Source of the DNA: a virus
Strand: one strand, 5' to 3'
DNA length: 64,000 nucleotides
IMG/VR virus record: IMGVR_UViG_3300036859_000864
Coordinates: 1 to 64,000 of that record
Made by a program: the position numbers and the translations under genes. The first letter of the stretch is position 1. Each line of letters starts with the position of its first letter. Positions 36,864-48,046 of this stretch are shown one piece after another. Below the pieces are notes generated by a model that saw only the letters and a program-made list of their open reading frames with translations, did no database searches and was not told where the DNA came from.

Positions 36864-38263
36864 CTGCCCAACTGCGCGTCGCAGAGCTCTTCGACGGTCG
36901 AGGTTTCTGAGGGCGAGCCGGCGAGTTGATCATCGAGTCGAGCCACGATCGATGCGACCACCGCCAGACTGCGCTCCGCCAATGCTTTCAAGAAGACCTC
37001 CGAGACGGTCTCGTCGGGCAGGCTTCGAACAGGAACGACTCCACCGCAACGATCGATCTGCTGTTCGAACGCATCTCGTAGCGCGTAGCGTACGGCGTCG
37101 ATGCGCTCGCCTTCCGAGATGTCCTTCTCTTTTCCGAGAGTGAAAAATTGCCACTCGCCTATCGGGCACTTCCAATCCGCTCGTGGATAGTGCTCACGTC
37201 GCGGTCGTTTGCACTTGCCGCAAACTTCGTCGAGACCGGCCTCGGTCCACTCGTGAGGGAGTGCCGCCGTCTTCGAAAGCGAGACGGCAGTACGAAGCTC
37301 GGCTTGCGCGGCCTCACGCTCTCGACGGTGAGCCTGGTAGCCGTCACCTGATTTGCCGTAGAGCGCGACAATCTTCTCTGCCGCTGCTACAATCATTCTG
37401 TCGCGGTAGCCGGAGACGTCTTTCGCTCGAAACGCTTCGAGCTCACGTCGAATCTTGAGCACCTCCATATACGACGCCGACCACCCGTAGTCGCCAGGCT
37501 TCACTTCTTGCTCGACCGAACCGTCGAGCGCTGCGACGCCGCACCCGGCCAGTTGCACCTCGGTGCGTTTGAGGCGTGCTTTCAACTCTGCTAGTTCGGT
37601 CTCTTGTGCGGTTTGGGGTGCGAACGATGTGAAAGCGTGCGCGTCGGCGGCGTCCGTGAGAATTTTAGGTTTCAGCGTTTCTCCCAACTCCGCCTCGGAC
37701 CACGCCTCCCAGTGATTTTTCCCGCGAAGAAACCAGATGCGCCGGCCGAGCTCCTCGATCATGGCGATAGGCAGCGAGATCGTATTCTCCGGCGTCACGT
37801 CTACGATGCCGGTTACCGGACGTGTGGCAACGAGCTGCTTCATGAAAGCATCGTCCAAACCGAGCTGCTCGTTCGCGCTAGGCGCGAGCGCCTCTCGTTT
37901 CTCGTGTTGCCGTCGCCGACACCGCTCGATGACTTCCGGTTGTTGGATTCGGACCATCTCGGTCTCGAACGCCTCGTCGGCGTCGATCTTGAGGGCTGCG
38001 GCCATCGCGTAGAGCGTCACCATCGTGCCCGCGATCTCTTGCTCTGGCTTTCCGGCCGGACGACCCATTACGTAATCGACGAGCCGATGAAGCGTCGCCG
38101 CGTCTGTGCCGCATGCCTGCGCCAGCTCAAGGCCCTCCTCAGCGGTGCGTAGCGACCGTTCCAGTACGTCGTTGGCCTCCTTTTCGGTGAAGACCTCACG
38201 AACCCAACCGGTGACACGAAACTGCTTGGTAGCCTTGAAGCTCAAATCGGAAACAGTCGTCAT
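36860..38263 (-). CDS. Multidomain protein with N-terminal MazG-like NTP pyrophosphohydrolase domain
   Basis: [30 protein letters not shown]. Confidence 0.6.
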   Translation of the reverse strand: MTTVSDLSFKATKQFRVTGWVREVFTEKEANDVLERSLRTAEEGLELAQACGTDAATLHRLVDYVMGRPAGKPEQEIAGTMVTLYAMAAALKIDADEAFETEMVRIQQPEVIERCRRRQHEKREALAPSANEQLGLDDAFMKQLVATRPVTGIVDVTPENTISLPIAMIEELGRRIWFLRGKNHWEAWSEAELGETLKPKILTDAADAHAFTSFAPQTAQETELAELKARLKRTEVQLAGCGVAALDGSVEQEVKPGDYGWSASYMEVLKIRRELEAFRAKDVSGYRDRMIVAAAEKIVALYGKSGDGYQAHRREREAAQAELRTAVSLSKTAALPHEWTEAGLDEVCGKCKRPRREHYPRADWKCPIGEWQFFTLGKEKDISEGERIDAVRYALRDAFEQQIDRCGGVVPVRSLPDETVSEVFLKALAERSLAVVASIVARLDDQLAGSPSETSTVEELCDAQLGR

Positions 38264-40770
38264 CGTAACCACCTCCAGATCAACAGGCCGAGAAGAATTC
38301 CGAGCGCCACAGAGATCAGACGCCCCGTGATGTTTCGAGGCACCGCCTGGTAGTGACACACCCAATTCCTACCGGAATTTATGGCGTATCGGGCCGTCTC
38401 CATTTGCCCAAACACTGCCGCGTCGCTTGGACTGAACGGGCCCTGCTCCACGCTGCGCGTCTCCTCCGGATCCGTCAGCGTGCGAAACTCGAAGCGGTAG
38501 TAGCGCCGCATCACTCTTCCTCCAACGCGGATCGGATTTTCCGTTCTTGTAGTCCTTTGCGTAGAAAGGTGACGGCTCTGTCGACGCGATACACGAAGCA
38601 CACCATCCAAAACGCACCGCCCACGACGCATCCCCAGTTCAAAGCTATTGAGCGCACGTGTTCGCTACCAAACAGCCAGGTGAAGAAACCCACGACGGCC
38701 GCGACGATGATGAAGACCAATCCTCCGTTCAGAGTCGCGTTCACTGAGGCCACCAGCAAAATGACGATCACGGCGAGAGCTATGAGAAACGACTCCTTGA
38801 ACTTCAAGCTAGCCCCACCTTCTGTTTGCCGCCGAAGATGCGGTCGTAACCTTTGCGGTACGCGGGGGTCGCGACCTGTGGGGGTCCGTCGCTGGTCCCG
38901 CGCTTTTGAACCTCGAGCGTTTCGATCGGCGTCGCGGCGGGTTCGCTCTCGTGGCGGTAGTGCACGTTCACGTCATGCCACCCGTCAGAATCCGGTTCGC
39001 CTAGCGAAATGAGTTCGGCTCCTTTCGGGATAGGTTGCCCTTCCTTGAGTCCTCCGAAGACGCCGGTTGAGATCTCGTCACCGCGCCGGCGAATCGTCGA
39101 ACGCTGGCCGGACGGTGTCTCAGGCCCTAGCCGTATCTGATCCTTCTTCATTGCAATTTCCCTCCGCAAAAAGGGCAGTGGTTGAAGACGGCGTACTGAC
39201 CCCGCCGCGCGAAATAGACTACCTCGGTACCGGCGGGTTTGCCCGTCGCGCTGAACGAGAGCCCCTCGTAGATACCGATGGGCTTGTCGTCCTCCTTCGC
39301 GACGGAGAGCACGGCTGACATGAGTGCGCACCGGCGCTTCTTCGTGCAGGGACCTTTGTAGGCCGCGATGTGCGTCTCGGCGTGTTCGCGGAGCGTGAGT
39401 TTCTTCGGACGCTTCGGTGCGTTGATCGGGGTATCGGTTTTCACGGCGAACCTCCGCATATAGCCGAACATCCGACTTCGACGGCACCGACTACATCGCG
39501 CGCGCAGTAGATTTGAACATCCCACACCACGGCCTCGCGCCCGTCGCCCCACCACAACCACGCATGCAGCCGATCACCTCGAGTCTCGCCGACGAGCGCG
39601 GGCGCACGCGCTAACAGTACGTCGCGCTCCGCCCGCACGGCGTCGAGCTCGTTGAGCAACGCGGCAGCCTGATCCGCCTCGAGAACGGCGTAGTCGTGAC
39701 GGTACTCGCGTATCGCCTTCTCGTTCTCCGGCGTCAGCCGCGGTAGGTTCACGGCCAAGTTCTCCCTCGAAGACGATTCGCTGCCGAGCGCGTTGCGAGT
39801 TCTTGTGCTTCGAGGCGCTTCGCTTCGCGGCCCACCACATCCGCAAGTATCTGCCGGAAGCCGACGAGCTCCAAGAGCGCGTCGACGGGCGGCTCATCAG
39901 ACACAGGACCCCGCGGTGTCAGCGCGTCGAACGTGGCCGCGATCCCATTCGCGACATCCTTCGACACGAAAACACCGAGGATGTTACGGCCTTGCCAGAG
40001 AACGGCGAAACTCTCACGCCCTGAGGGGCCCTGATTCGACAGTTCTACGTAACAGGCTTCACCGCAGTAGAACCCATCGTCGTTGAGTCTTGAGTTGCGC
40101 ATAGTTCCTCTTTCGTTCGGTTTCTTTCGAATTCGCGGAATTGACGTAGGGCTGCTAGTTCGACCGGAGATCGCGGATCAGAGCCGCCAGCTCGTGCCAC
40201 CAGATGTTCTGCGGCGGCCGGTTCTGAAACACCGTCGCGAGCTTCGGGTACTTCGACCATACGATCGTTTCCTTCAGGTGCCGCGCCGCTTCCGTCTTCG
40301 CCGCTTCCTCCGCGTCTTTCATCTTTCTCGACCTCCGGATTGTAGATTGCGAAGCGCCGCCGCTGCTGCCGGTACGTCAGCGAGCGGAAGCGCTCGTTGT
40401 CTTCACGGCACGCATCGTCGAGCGTGTCGATGTTGTCGAGTAGAGCCCACAGCTCATCGCGCTGCTTGCAAATCTCGTTGTATGTGACCTCGGCCCGAGA
40501 CGGGGTAGGCTGTTTTAGCGAAGGAGGCACCAACGTCGAACGACGCTTCAGACAATCGGCGACGTCATCCGCCATTGCTTCGATGCCGGCGTTGAAGCCA
40601 TTTCGGTAGGCGATACGGGTAGCCTCGACACCGGCGACGGTCATCTGCGCTTTCTCACGCTCGAACTCCGCGGTGACACGATCGAACTCGCTCTTCATCG
40701 AGAGACGTTCGGCCTCGAGCGCGCGGGCGACGGCGGCGTCGCGTTCTTCTTTCAGATCTCGGTATCTCAT
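38260..40770 (-). CDS. Run of small hypothetical genes (38260-38511, 38511-38807, 38804-39151, 39148-39444, 39441-39752, 39749-40102, 40045-40770)
   Basis: Chained overlaps; two membrane proteins. Confidence 0.55.
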
Positions 40771-40912
40771 CGTCTGCACTCGCAATGTTCCCGCGCGTGA
40801 CGTTGCGCGATCTCTTCGGGGCTTTCGTAGACGAACGCCACGTACATCACGACCCACATCGTGACGAGAGCGACAGTCCAGAGCAGGATCCGAAATAGAA
40901 CTCGAAGCAGCG

Positions 40913-41110
40913 TCATCGCTTTTTCGCGCGTTTGGGCTTCACGATGCCGAGCTCCGTTTCGAGGACGGCCGCGCCGCGTTCGATCGCCGCGCGAATCGCG
41001 TGTGACCTCGAGAGATGTGCTCCCGCGGCCCGCTCGGACATGACCTCGGCGATCCGATCCATACGTACGAGCAGTTCGTCGGAGAATCGAATGGCGCGGG
41101 GCTGTGTCAT
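40913..41110 (-). CDS. Ribbon-helix-helix (CopG-like) regulator
   Basis: AIRFSDELLVRMDRIA...SRSHAIRAAIERG. Confidence 0.8.
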   Translation of the reverse strand: MTQPRAIRFSDELLVRMDRIAEVMSERAAGAHLSRSHAIRAAIERGAAVLETELGIVKPKRAKKR

Positions 41111-41369
41111 GCGGGAGTTACTCTGTATTAGCCCGTATCCGAAGTCAAGGGGGTCGCTGGCGTTTCGGGACTCGGCGTCAAAAATGGCAGGATACGATCG
41201 AGCCGAAGGACACCGCGACGTGCGGCGCTCGTCAACAGTACGGCCAGCTCGGCTTCACAATCACGCGATACTTCGAGCCGTGCGAACAGCCTAGGGTCTT
41301 CTATGACATCGCCGCTGTAGAAGTCTGCGCCTGAACCCAAAACTCGCTCTCGAATCTGTTTGGACATTT

Positions 41370-42572
41370 TCACTTCTCCGCTACGAGCATTTCTCGAGTC
41401 GCCTCTCGAATCACGCCCTTCTTTCGAAGTTGCGCGAGGAGCTTCTCGCCGGCAACCTTGCCGAGTGCCTCGATGACACTCTTCTTCGAGAGCGTCTCGT
41501 AGGTTTGCTCTTGAATGGCGAGCACCTTTCCGTCCTTCGTTTCTATGACCGCTCCGAGCCGCACGAGGCGCTTGAGCTCTGCGGAGCCTGCCTTCTCGAG
41601 TTCCCGGAACCTCTTGAGCATGTCGTAGAGCGCGCCGGCGCGCATCTCGAGCATCCCCTCGGGTGGAGGTTCGGTCGGGAGCGCGCACAGCGCGTTCGGG
41701 TCGATGGGCTCCAACATGAGCTTGTTCGCAGCCGCGGTGAGCACCTCGGCGCTCTCGACGAGAAGGTGTGCGGCGGCGGCAGGGCATCCGATGCGCGCCG
41801 GACAGCGTTTGCAGTATTCATCGGGGCGCAAGAAGCCCCCTCCGATACGATCGAACGCGGCGTGGAGCTCCTTCGCGTGGGCGCGCTGGTCTTCGATCTC
41901 GAACGGCTCCGCGTACACCATAGGGAGCCCCTTGCGATCCGCGTGGAAGATCCCAAGCTCTCCGTGCAGTGACGATCCGGCTGCGAGCCCGAGCGTGCGC
42001 AACTGCGGAACCGTTGCCGGACGTGCGAAGCGAACGTCTTCGTCTTTCGCGACCCAGCTCTCGAAGATACCCGTCTTGTGATCGATGATGACCCTGCGTT
42101 TCCGGTTGGCGTTCTGCGCAATGAGATCGATAGTGCCGGGCAGCTCGCCCTCATCGACGTCGTACACATGGTCCTCGTCGTGCGCTTCGATGGCGCGCGC
42201 CTTCCAGGTGCCGTCCGCTTGAGAGCGTACCGCGTACGCCGTCTCGATTTCAGCGATCTCGAGCTTCTCGCGGGTGAGCCAATTGCGGAGCACCTTCACG
42301 CTGCTCTTGACGTGCCCGGCGAGCTCCGCTCGGGCTTCTTTGACGTCGTAGCGCTTGGAGGCGCGATCAATTTCCTTCGTGTACGGCCCGACGCTCTTCT
42401 CGAGCGGCTTCTTCGCCGGCGCACGTAGACACGCGGCGAGTACCTGATGGAACGCTGATCCGTACCTCGCGGGTTCGCCGGGCTCATCTGGAACGGCCTC
42501 GAGCGCCGGATCGAACGGACGCTGGCAGAGGAGAAGCAATTCGGTTTTCGACGCGGACGGTTGGAGGCCCAC
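41370..42572 (-). CDS. PD-(D/E)xK (Cas4/RecB-like) nuclease
   Basis: SASK..C, GSAFH, GTIDL, IIDHKTG, QL, CKRCPARIGC. Confidence 0.85.
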   Translation of the reverse strand: MGLQPSASKTELLLLCQRPFDPALEAVPDEPGEPARYGSAFHQVLAACLRAPAKKPLEKSVGPYTKEIDRASKRYDVKEARAELAGHVKSSVKVLRNWLTREKLEIAEIETAYAVRSQADGTWKARAIEAHDEDHVYDVDEGELPGTIDLIAQNANRKRRVIIDHKTGIFESWVAKDEDVRFARPATVPQLRTLGLAAGSSLHGELGIFHADRKGLPMVYAEPFEIEDQRAHAKELHAAFDRIGGGFLRPDEYCKRCPARIGCPAAAAHLLVESAEVLTAAANKLMLEPIDPNALCALPTEPPPEGMLEMRAGALYDMLKRFRELEKAGSAELKRLVRLGAVIETKDGKVLAIQEQTYETLSKKSVIEALGKVAGEKLLAQLRKKGVIREATREMLVAEK

Positions 42573-43580
42573 TACAGCACCTTGACCTCTCCACGTTCCA
42601 CTTGATCGGCGAGCACCTCAAGATTCGGGCTGACGGAGTACAACGAAGCGCGTGCCGTCGCTGCGGCCCACCGAATCGCGCGCGCTTGTGCCTCGCGCTC
42701 GCGAATGTTGTGCGCCGGTTGAGCCCAACAGACGAACGGAAGAAGCGCCTCTTCTAGGTCTCCTTTTCTACGAGACACCTCCTTCCAAACCGCGAATACA
42801 CGCTCCGCCAATGCGGTCGCCGTTTCCGGGCGCGGGTCTGTGTCGCCCCGACAGAGAAGCGGCGTGCGCAACGGCTCGGATGGCTTGAGATCAGACGTGT
42901 TGGGTGGCTTGAGGTCGGGCGTGATCGTCAACGTGATCACACCCTCGGGGCTCGTGACGTGCTCTATCTTCACCGACTTCTCCTTTTCTCGACTCGAGAC
43001 GCTTGGCGGCTTCGGCGCAACGATGTTGCGGGGCATGAGCCCCACACGCATCGCACGCGCGGCCTCTTCGTAAATGTACTGGCAACGGCGGCTGCTTGAC
43101 CCGATGGTAGCGCGCGGAGTTGGAGGCGCGCATGCGCTCCCGTTCGACATCGGTAGGCGCACGACGGTTCGGTAAAGAGAAATTCTCCGGAGGCACTTTG
43201 CCGGGGAGCACACAACGGTGCGTCAAGCTTCTCGAGCCGCAAGCTTCACAACAGTAGGTAGTAGAGACGCGCCTTGGAGCGCTACTCGGCGCGCGCTCTT
43301 CTCGTCCCTTGCGATGAATGATGTTGAACGCCGTGCGCTCGTTGTACGTGCAGAAGTAGCTCGAGTGCTGCTGCGCTTCGCTGAACAACTCTAGAATACC
43401 GGCCTGGAGATCGATCACGAACGGGCGCTCCACTTCGGGCGATAGCGGTGAGGCGCCGCGATGAACCGCTTGTCGATGGGACCGAGCACTGTGAGCTCCG
43501 AGAGTTCAACGATCCACGCTTCTAAGACGTAACGCACTTCCACGTTCCTTTCGTTATAGAGACCGACGCGCACGATTTCT

Positions 43581-43693
43581 TCCTCCAACCCCTCCAACCT
43601 CGATTTGAGTTTTGGAGGGGCCGTAGAGAGACGGCAGAGAGCTCTGTACAATAATAGTTTGTAAACCCGATCCTAGGTTGGAGGGTTGGAGGA
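43581..43693. other. Putative replication origin
   Basis: Inverted pairs of CCTCCAACC flank an AT-rich core immediately downstream of the VapE helicase gene. Confidence 0.65.
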
Positions 43694-43694
43694 T

Positions 43695-44981
43695 CTATTT
43701 TGCTACCGAACGCTTCTTCTTGAGAGGCCGAGGACCACGATACGCCGGGGAAAGATCGGGTTTCGGCGGCACAGCAGGCAGGTAGCGACGAGAGTCATCG
43801 GCGCCGCGCTGGACGACGGTCCACCCGATGGCCCGGAGCACTTTCCCCGCCTTGGTCTGAGCGGAGCGGTCTTGGATGTCCTTCCGCATGCCGATGGCTT
43901 TGGTGAGCAACTCTTCGGTCGTCACGCCCTTCACGGTGCGGTTGTGCTCGGCGAGCCAGTCGCGGAAGTGCTTCTCCCACGGCTCACGTTCTCGCCGCTT
44001 GTCGGCCTCTTCCGCCGCTGCCCTGAGCAGCTTCGGGTCGTGCAAGTGCCACGGCTCGTTCTTACGGTACCTCGCGAGAGCCTCGGCCCACAGTTGGTCG
44101 CGCTCGGCGCGCACCGTCTTGAGATCGACCTTCTCGACGACCACCGGTTGAAAGCGCCGTGAGCCGGTCGGGTCGTTGAGATAGCCTTCGCTCGGATTGA
44201 CGGTCCCGACGAAGATGCACTGCCTCGGGAAGTCGATCGTCGCCTTGCCGTACGAAGGGCGGTAGCTGTCTGTAGTCGACGAGACGAACGCCTTCACGCG
44301 CGAGAGCTCCACACGTCCGAGGGCATCGAGCTCGCTCCACTCGATGATCCATCGACGTCGAAGCGCCTGGTAGCCATCCTTGGTGCCCGGCGTGAACAAC
44401 GTATCGAGGAACCAGAGATCAGAAGCGAGGATACGGAAGAGCGTACTCTTGCCGGCGTTCTGCGGCCCCTCGAGCACGAGCATCGTGTCGACCTTCTCGC
44501 CCGGCTTGAAGACTCGAGCGACGGCCGACAAGAAGAAGTTCTTCGTGACAGCGCGCACGTAGGGTGTGTCTTCCGCGTGCGCGACGCGAATGAGAAAGTC
44601 GTCGATGCGTGGTTTTCGATCCCACCGCAGATCGTTCAGGTAGTCGCGCACCGGGTGCGAGTTCCAACGATCGGCTATGAGCTGCACCGCTTCTTCAACG
44701 ACGCTCGTGTGGATCGGACAGTTGTACTCTCGCGTGATCCACGCGACGGCGCGTCGAGAGTCGTTCTGGTTCCAATCGCCGAGTGTCGTATCCTCCGGCG
44801 CCGTGTCCTCAGCCCACGGCGGTTCCTTCTTCTTGACGACAACGCCGGCGAAGGCGTCGTACGCGATCACGTTGTGCCACTCACTCCGATGCGTGAGGAT
44901 AGCAACGGCGTTGCTGAGGCACGGTACGTACTTCTCCTTGTTCTTGAGCAGACACGTATCCCACGGAGCTTTCTTCGCCAA
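43695..44981 (-). CDS. VapE (virulence-associated E) family SF3-like helicase
   Basis: HPVRDYL..L.WD..PRI, LEGPQNAGKST, DSYRPSYG, DPTGSRRF, RDQLWAEA. Confidence 0.9.
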   Translation of the reverse strand: MAKKAPWDTCLLKNKEKYVPCLSNAVAILTHRSEWHNVIAYDAFAGVVVKKKEPPWAEDTAPEDTTLGDWNQNDSRRAVAWITREYNCPIHTSVVEEAVQLIADRWNSHPVRDYLNDLRWDRKPRIDDFLIRVAHAEDTPYVRAVTKNFFLSAVARVFKPGEKVDTMLVLEGPQNAGKSTLFRILASDLWFLDTLFTPGTKDGYQALRRRWIIEWSELDALGRVELSRVKAFVSSTTDSYRPSYGKATIDFPRQCIFVGTVNPSEGYLNDPTGSRRFQPVVVEKVDLKTVRAERDQLWAEALARYRKNEPWHLHDPKLLRAAAEEADKRREREPWEKHFRDWLAEHNRTVKGVTTEELLTKAIGMRKDIQDRSAQTKAGKVLRAIGWTVVQRGADDSRRYLPAVPPKPDLSPAYRGPRPLKKKRSVAK

Positions 44982-45029
44982 TGCTCAGAGCCCTTTCCCG
45001 AATTTCGACGGTTTCGACGGTGAGAAGCG

Positions 45030-45105
45030 ATGCTAACCCCGAGCAGCGCTGACGGTCAAGCCTCTCTACGCAGGGCTTGTTCTGCCTGTAAACATTTGTT
45101 ACACC
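45030..45105. promoter_or_regulatory. Divergent sigma70-like promoters with a palindromic operator
   Basis: Minus strand TTGACC-N18-TAGCAT; plus strand TTGTTC-N17-TACACC; TGTAA-N7-TTACA at 45087-45103. Confidence 0.5.
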
Positions 45106-45112
45106 TACCGGT

Positions 45113-45322
45113 ATGCCTGAAGCCGAAGTCATGGTCGCCACGCGCGTGAGCAAACCGCTCCACGCTAAAATCCTGAAACGACAACGCGCGTTGAAGAGCC
45201 TCACCGGCATCGAGCCCAGCGTCAGCGCGGTCGTACGAGCGATGATCGAAGAAGCGGCATCGAACGACGAACCGAAAAGACGACGCTCGAGACGCGCTGA
45301 AACGATGGTTTCGGCGCGATGA
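45113..45322 (+). CDS. RHH-like regulator
   Basis: VATRVSKPLHAKI...SVSAVVRAMIEE. Confidence 0.6.
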   Translation: MPEAEVMVATRVSKPLHAKILKRQRALKSLTGIEPSVSAVVRAMIEEAASNDEPKRRRSRRAETMVSAR

Positions 45323-45840
45323 GTGTCACGGCGGTCACGTCGATAAGCCGCCCCTCCACTCGAAGTTCCGCACGAAGAAGCCCCACGGCAGGCAACCGTG
45401 GGCAAGGGAGCAAGTGGCTCTGGTTCGTAACACGTCGTCGAATCTACGAGCGAGATCGTTGGCGGTGCGTGTGGTGCCATTGTGGAGTAGCACAGCTCGG
45501 CATGCGCGGCGTCGAAGGTGTGTCCGTCGACGGCGTCGTGTTCACCGATGGGATGCAACTACGGCAAGCTTCGATCGATCATGTCGTACCGCGCTCGCGT
45601 GGAGGATCGAACCGTCCGAGCAACCTCATCACCTGTTGCATGCAATGCAACATGGCTCGAGGTGAACGTAGCGTACCTGCATTTGCGATAGTGCTCTGCG
45701 GCGTCAAAGATTCGGCGCTCGTGCGCGGGCTCCTCAAACACCTCGAACCCGTCCAACGGATCGTGCGCCGAGTCCGCGCGGCACAGAAACGCAAACTACC
45801 TCTCGGGAGAAAAGAAGAATGCCTAAAAGCAACTGGTTGA
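45319..45840 (+). CDS. HNH endonuclease
   Basis: RDRWRCVWC, IDHVVPRSRGGSN..NLITCC..CN. Confidence 0.9.
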   Translation: MSVTAVTSISRPSTRSSARRSPTAGNRGQGSKWLWFVTRRRIYERDRWRCVWCHCGVAQLGMRGVEGVSVDGVVFTDGMQLRQASIDHVVPRSRGGSNRPSNLITCCMQCNMARGERSVPAFAIVLCGVKDSALVRGLLKHLEPVQRIVRRVRAAQKRKLPLGRKEECLKATG

Positions 45841-46563
45841 ACCCTCGAACGGTTCTCGTGACCTCCTTCGTCGTCTCGACGATCTTAGGTCTCTTCGTAG
45901 CGGTAGCGATGGCCAAAGGATGGCTGTAGCCCATGCGCGATGAACTCATCGGGCGCTTCGTGTTCGTCGGTACCCAACCGGGGATCGTGAAAGAAGTCAC
46001 GCCGGAGGTGCCCGCTACGGACACGACGCCTGCGATGCCCTCCATGCTCAAGGTGAAGCTCTACAACGTGCCGAACAAGATGCGCGACGACAACGTCATC
46101 GTCGAAGTGGAGCGAGCTTCGAAAGAATGGCGCTTGAAGTACCCAGACCCGGAAGTGAGACGAGCATGAAGCGCACAACGCTCTACTGGTGGTTGCGAAT
46201 GATCAGCGCGTGGCTCGGGGCGCACGTGGTGGTTCTGAGACTCTCCCGCGACGTGCTCCTCGCGGTGTCCGCAGCCACGCTGCTCGGCTCGTTTATGAAT
46301 TGGGCCGAAGTAACGTTTCGTCCGGAGCCCAAATGATCTGGCTAGTGCTCTACGCGCTCGGCACCCTCGGGTTCGGCGGTCTCTTATTCGCGCTCGGACG
46401 TGACGACCACTCGTGGCCGGTGTTGGCGTTGATGGCGGTGGGGTGGCTGCCGTTGATCGTCGTGCTCGGGCTCATCGCGCTCTTGGCGAAGCTACTCGGA
46501 GACATGACCTGATACGCACGTCACCCCGTTCAACTTCGAGTTCACGTAACCGGAAAGTAAGGA

Positions 46564-47724
46564 ATGAAAATGAATCACATCAAAATACTGTACATCGCGC
46601 TCATCGCATTGTCGGTCGGATGCTCACCGTCCGAAACCTCCGACACGCTTACTGCCGCCAAGAGCGCGCTGACATCGGACGCCTCTCCGCCGATCACGGT
46701 GTCCGTGGTACCGAGCGCGGCCACTGTTCAACTCGGAACTGATTTTCAATTTTCGGCCACCGTTACGAACGCGCAAGACACTTCCGTTGCCTGGTCTCTC
46801 TCGGAGAGCCCGGGGTGCGGGACGATCTCATCGTCCGGCTTGTACTCAGCTCCGACCAGCGCACGCAGCCCATGTCACGTCGTAGCGACATCCAATCAGG
46901 ACCCGTCGAAGAGCGGCTCGGCAGCCATCACGATGTCTTCGGGAAACGGAATGAGCTCGGGATGTGGGCTCACCGGGATGCGAACCGGCACGTTTCACAT
47001 GGCCACTAGAGACGGTAACTTCCTTCGCCGTGATTTCATGGTCATGGTGCCCGCAACGTACAACCCGACAGTCCCACTCGATCTCACGTTCGTGTACCAC
47101 GGCCTGAACCAGAACGAAGCTATCGCTGCAAGCTGGGGTATTCAGAACACGCCCGGCGCCGCTGCCGCGAGCATCTTCGTATTCCCTCAAGGACGCCAAA
47201 TCGGTACCGACGGAATCGGTTGGGATGACTCTTGCGGCGGGCACGACATGCCTTTCTTCGATCGCATGCTGTTGATCCTCGAGAGTAGCTACTGCATCAA
47301 CACCCAGAAAATCTTCGCCGCCGGGTTCTCTTGGGGCTGCGATCAAACCGTAGCTCTCTCGTGCTGTCGTGGTGACATCGTCCGTGCGGTCGGTGCGGCA
47401 TCGTGCTCGTATGCCTTCAATGATCCGAGTGACTACACGACGTACATGAACCTCGCATGCCCCACCGCTACCAACGCGGCCTACCGTTTCACGCACGATT
47501 CAAACTCCGATGGCGCGTACACGCTCCAAGAGTTCCAGTCGACCAGCGCTCTGATGCGATCCTTCAATTCGTGCGCAGCGACGTCCACCCCGACGTCCCC
47601 GAGCCCGTGCGTGTCCTACGACACGTGTACTCATCCGGTCGTCGAATGCGCGTACTCAGGTCTCGGGCACCAGCTTCCAGCAGGCTGGGGCACCGACACC
47701 TGGAACTTCTTCAACAGCCTCTAG
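46564..47724 (+). CDS. Lipoprotein: Ig-like domain plus alpha/beta-hydrolase (PHB depolymerase/feruloyl esterase-like)
   Basis: LSVGC lipobox; FSATVTN..V.WS; SSGCG, YHG, VFPQG, GFSWG, GLGH. Confidence 0.8.
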   Translation: MKMNHIKILYIALIALSVGCSPSETSDTLTAAKSALTSDASPPITVSVVPSAATVQLGTDFQFSATVTNAQDTSVAWSLSESPGCGTISSSGLYSAPTSARSPCHVVATSNQDPSKSGSAAITMSSGNGMSSGCGLTGMRTGTFHMATRDGNFLRRDFMVMVPATYNPTVPLDLTFVYHGLNQNEAIAASWGIQNTPGAAAASIFVFPQGRQIGTDGIGWDDSCGGHDMPFFDRMLLILESSYCINTQKIFAAGFSWGCDQTVALSCCRGDIVRAVGAASCSYAFNDPSDYTTYMNLACPTATNAAYRFTHDSNSDGAYTLQEFQSTSALMRSFNSCAATSTPTSPSPCVSYDTCTHPVVECAYSGLGHQLPAGWGTDTWNFFNSL

Positions 47725-48046
47725 CGAAACCACGAACGGCGCGAGCAGACGACACCTGCGCGCGCCGTTCTCTAGAAATAAAAATGCCCGAGAACACACA
47801 CCGCCCGAACGCTCCTAGCGGCGTTGCTTCTATGAAGCTCTGCGAGAAGTGCGGGCCGCTCGTGTTCCGAACCGATCTCGACACGCTCGAGAAATTGCGC
47901 GAAGAGCTGTGCCCCGTGTGCAAGGCGCTCCTTCGGCTCCACACCATCGGGAAGAACCAGACCGGCGGCATACGCGCAGGCTCTATACGCGGCGGCCTCA
48001 ACAAGCGCGAGGCGAAGCTGCTTCGGAAGTACGGAAACCGCGTCTG

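Noticed and set aside
41370-42572. Cas4 or CRISPR system
   Set aside because: No repeat-spacer array or other cas genes seen; context is Sak4/SSB recombination.
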